A stretch of DNA of 35,163 nucleotides from Thelocarpon superellum. Taxonomy: Eukaryota. A program made the translations under genes and the position numbers. The notes beneath the pieces were generated by a model. That model was not told where the DNA came from. It did no database searches and was given only the letters and a program-made list of their open reading frames with translations. The stretch is taken from positions 62,001 through 97,163 of the forward strand of contig JAPEUG010000013.1 of the NCBI GenBank assembly GCA_026025795.1, written 5' to 3'. Positions 34,275 to 35,163 of this stretch are shown one piece after another. The number at the start of each line of letters is the position of its first letter. Positions within the stretch are counted from its first letter, which is position 1.

Positions 34275-35163
34275 AGTTGGACGTCGGGGACGCCGGTCGG
34301 CTCAGCGGAACGTTGGGGGAGTCTCGCGCGGGGGGCGATGCGCCGTATGGATAGGTGGGACCATAGGCCCACGAGCGATTGATGGCAAGAAGTGAGTCTA
34401 GAGGGTGCTGAGAAAGATTGGTGGTTAGCGATGATGGGATCGGGTTGTTGCTGGGACGGTTGGACTGGACGGGGCGATACCGTTGACTGCGTTCGACAAG
34501 GAAGCTTGTGGCCGGACGCACGCAACGATGCAAGTGGCTCGGATGGCCCGGGCACGCCGCACAATCACGCCGAGGCTGCCCTCCCGATTGTGCAGTCTCC
34601 TCTCTGGTGTATTCGCAAAAGCGATGCTGACCAAGGTCTGACGACCAGCAGTGGATGAACGTCGAGCGGGGAGGTCAGGCTCTTGGCCGAGAGACAGCCG
34701 GACAGGTTGATGGGGAGCCGTTGGAGCGGGTGGGAAAAAGATTGGGCTGAACGATCGTCGCAGGGACGCCACACAACACCGGTACTCTCACGTCGGCGGG
34801 CCCACGCAACTACGGATCAGATCTGCATGGAAGAATTCACTCGACGATGGCCAGGGGAGCGCGGAGCGTTGTGGGGAACGGTGGGCACTAGTCCAGTGGA
34901 AGATCCAGTATCAGCTGCATGTGGCTGGTATTGATTCGTCCACCATTGGCCGGAGCCCGTGGACTACGGAAGACTGGGCGGAGGGACACTGCGCCAGCTT
35001 GCAGCGCTCAGGCGGAGACAGTGGCCACCTAGTCTCCGCGCGGCGGGCGTGGCGGTTGTACTCGCACGAATACGCACTACGGCGTCGAAGGTCTACGGTG
35101 CCTTGACAAGCGAAGCTCAATCCTGCACTACGCTCCATCGTCGTCATTGCCCGCCCTACTCAT

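Noticed and set aside
1..35163. Cryptic peroxisomal isoforms by stop-codon readthrough; RIP or transposon relics
   Set aside because: None of the stop codons I checked has the TGA-CTA context or a downstream SKL-like end, and there are no AT-rich decayed tracts, terminal inverted repeats or LTRs.

Overview
GC-rich, intron-containing fungal DNA, most consistent with a filamentous ascomycete (Pezizomycotina): short GT-AG introns with CTRAC-type branch points. Ten protein-coding genes were reconstructed by hand. In order they are APC4 (-, runs off the left edge), coatomer delta (-), an acidic DUF2420/Rmr1-like protein (+), a NIPA-type Mg2+ transporter (+), a SacI/Sac2-type phosphoinositide phosphatase (+), a class II cAMP phosphodiesterase (-), an Ssh4-like SPRY/PY-motif Rsp5 adaptor (-), UCH37 (-), a Zn2Cys6 Upc2-like transcription factor with ~4.5 kb of non-coding upstream DNA (-), and importin beta-2/Kap104 (-). 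I found no transposon, tRNA, rRNA or CRISPR. The most unusual locus is the Rmr1-like gene. It has a chain of uORFs at its start, an in-frame intron/exitron that encodes a Cys4 motif if retained, and a densely base-paired ~240-nt 3'UTR element enclosing a canonical 5' splice site, which is a candidate cis-regulatory structured RNA. Product calls come from motif recognition, not database searches, and all RNA folds are by eye.
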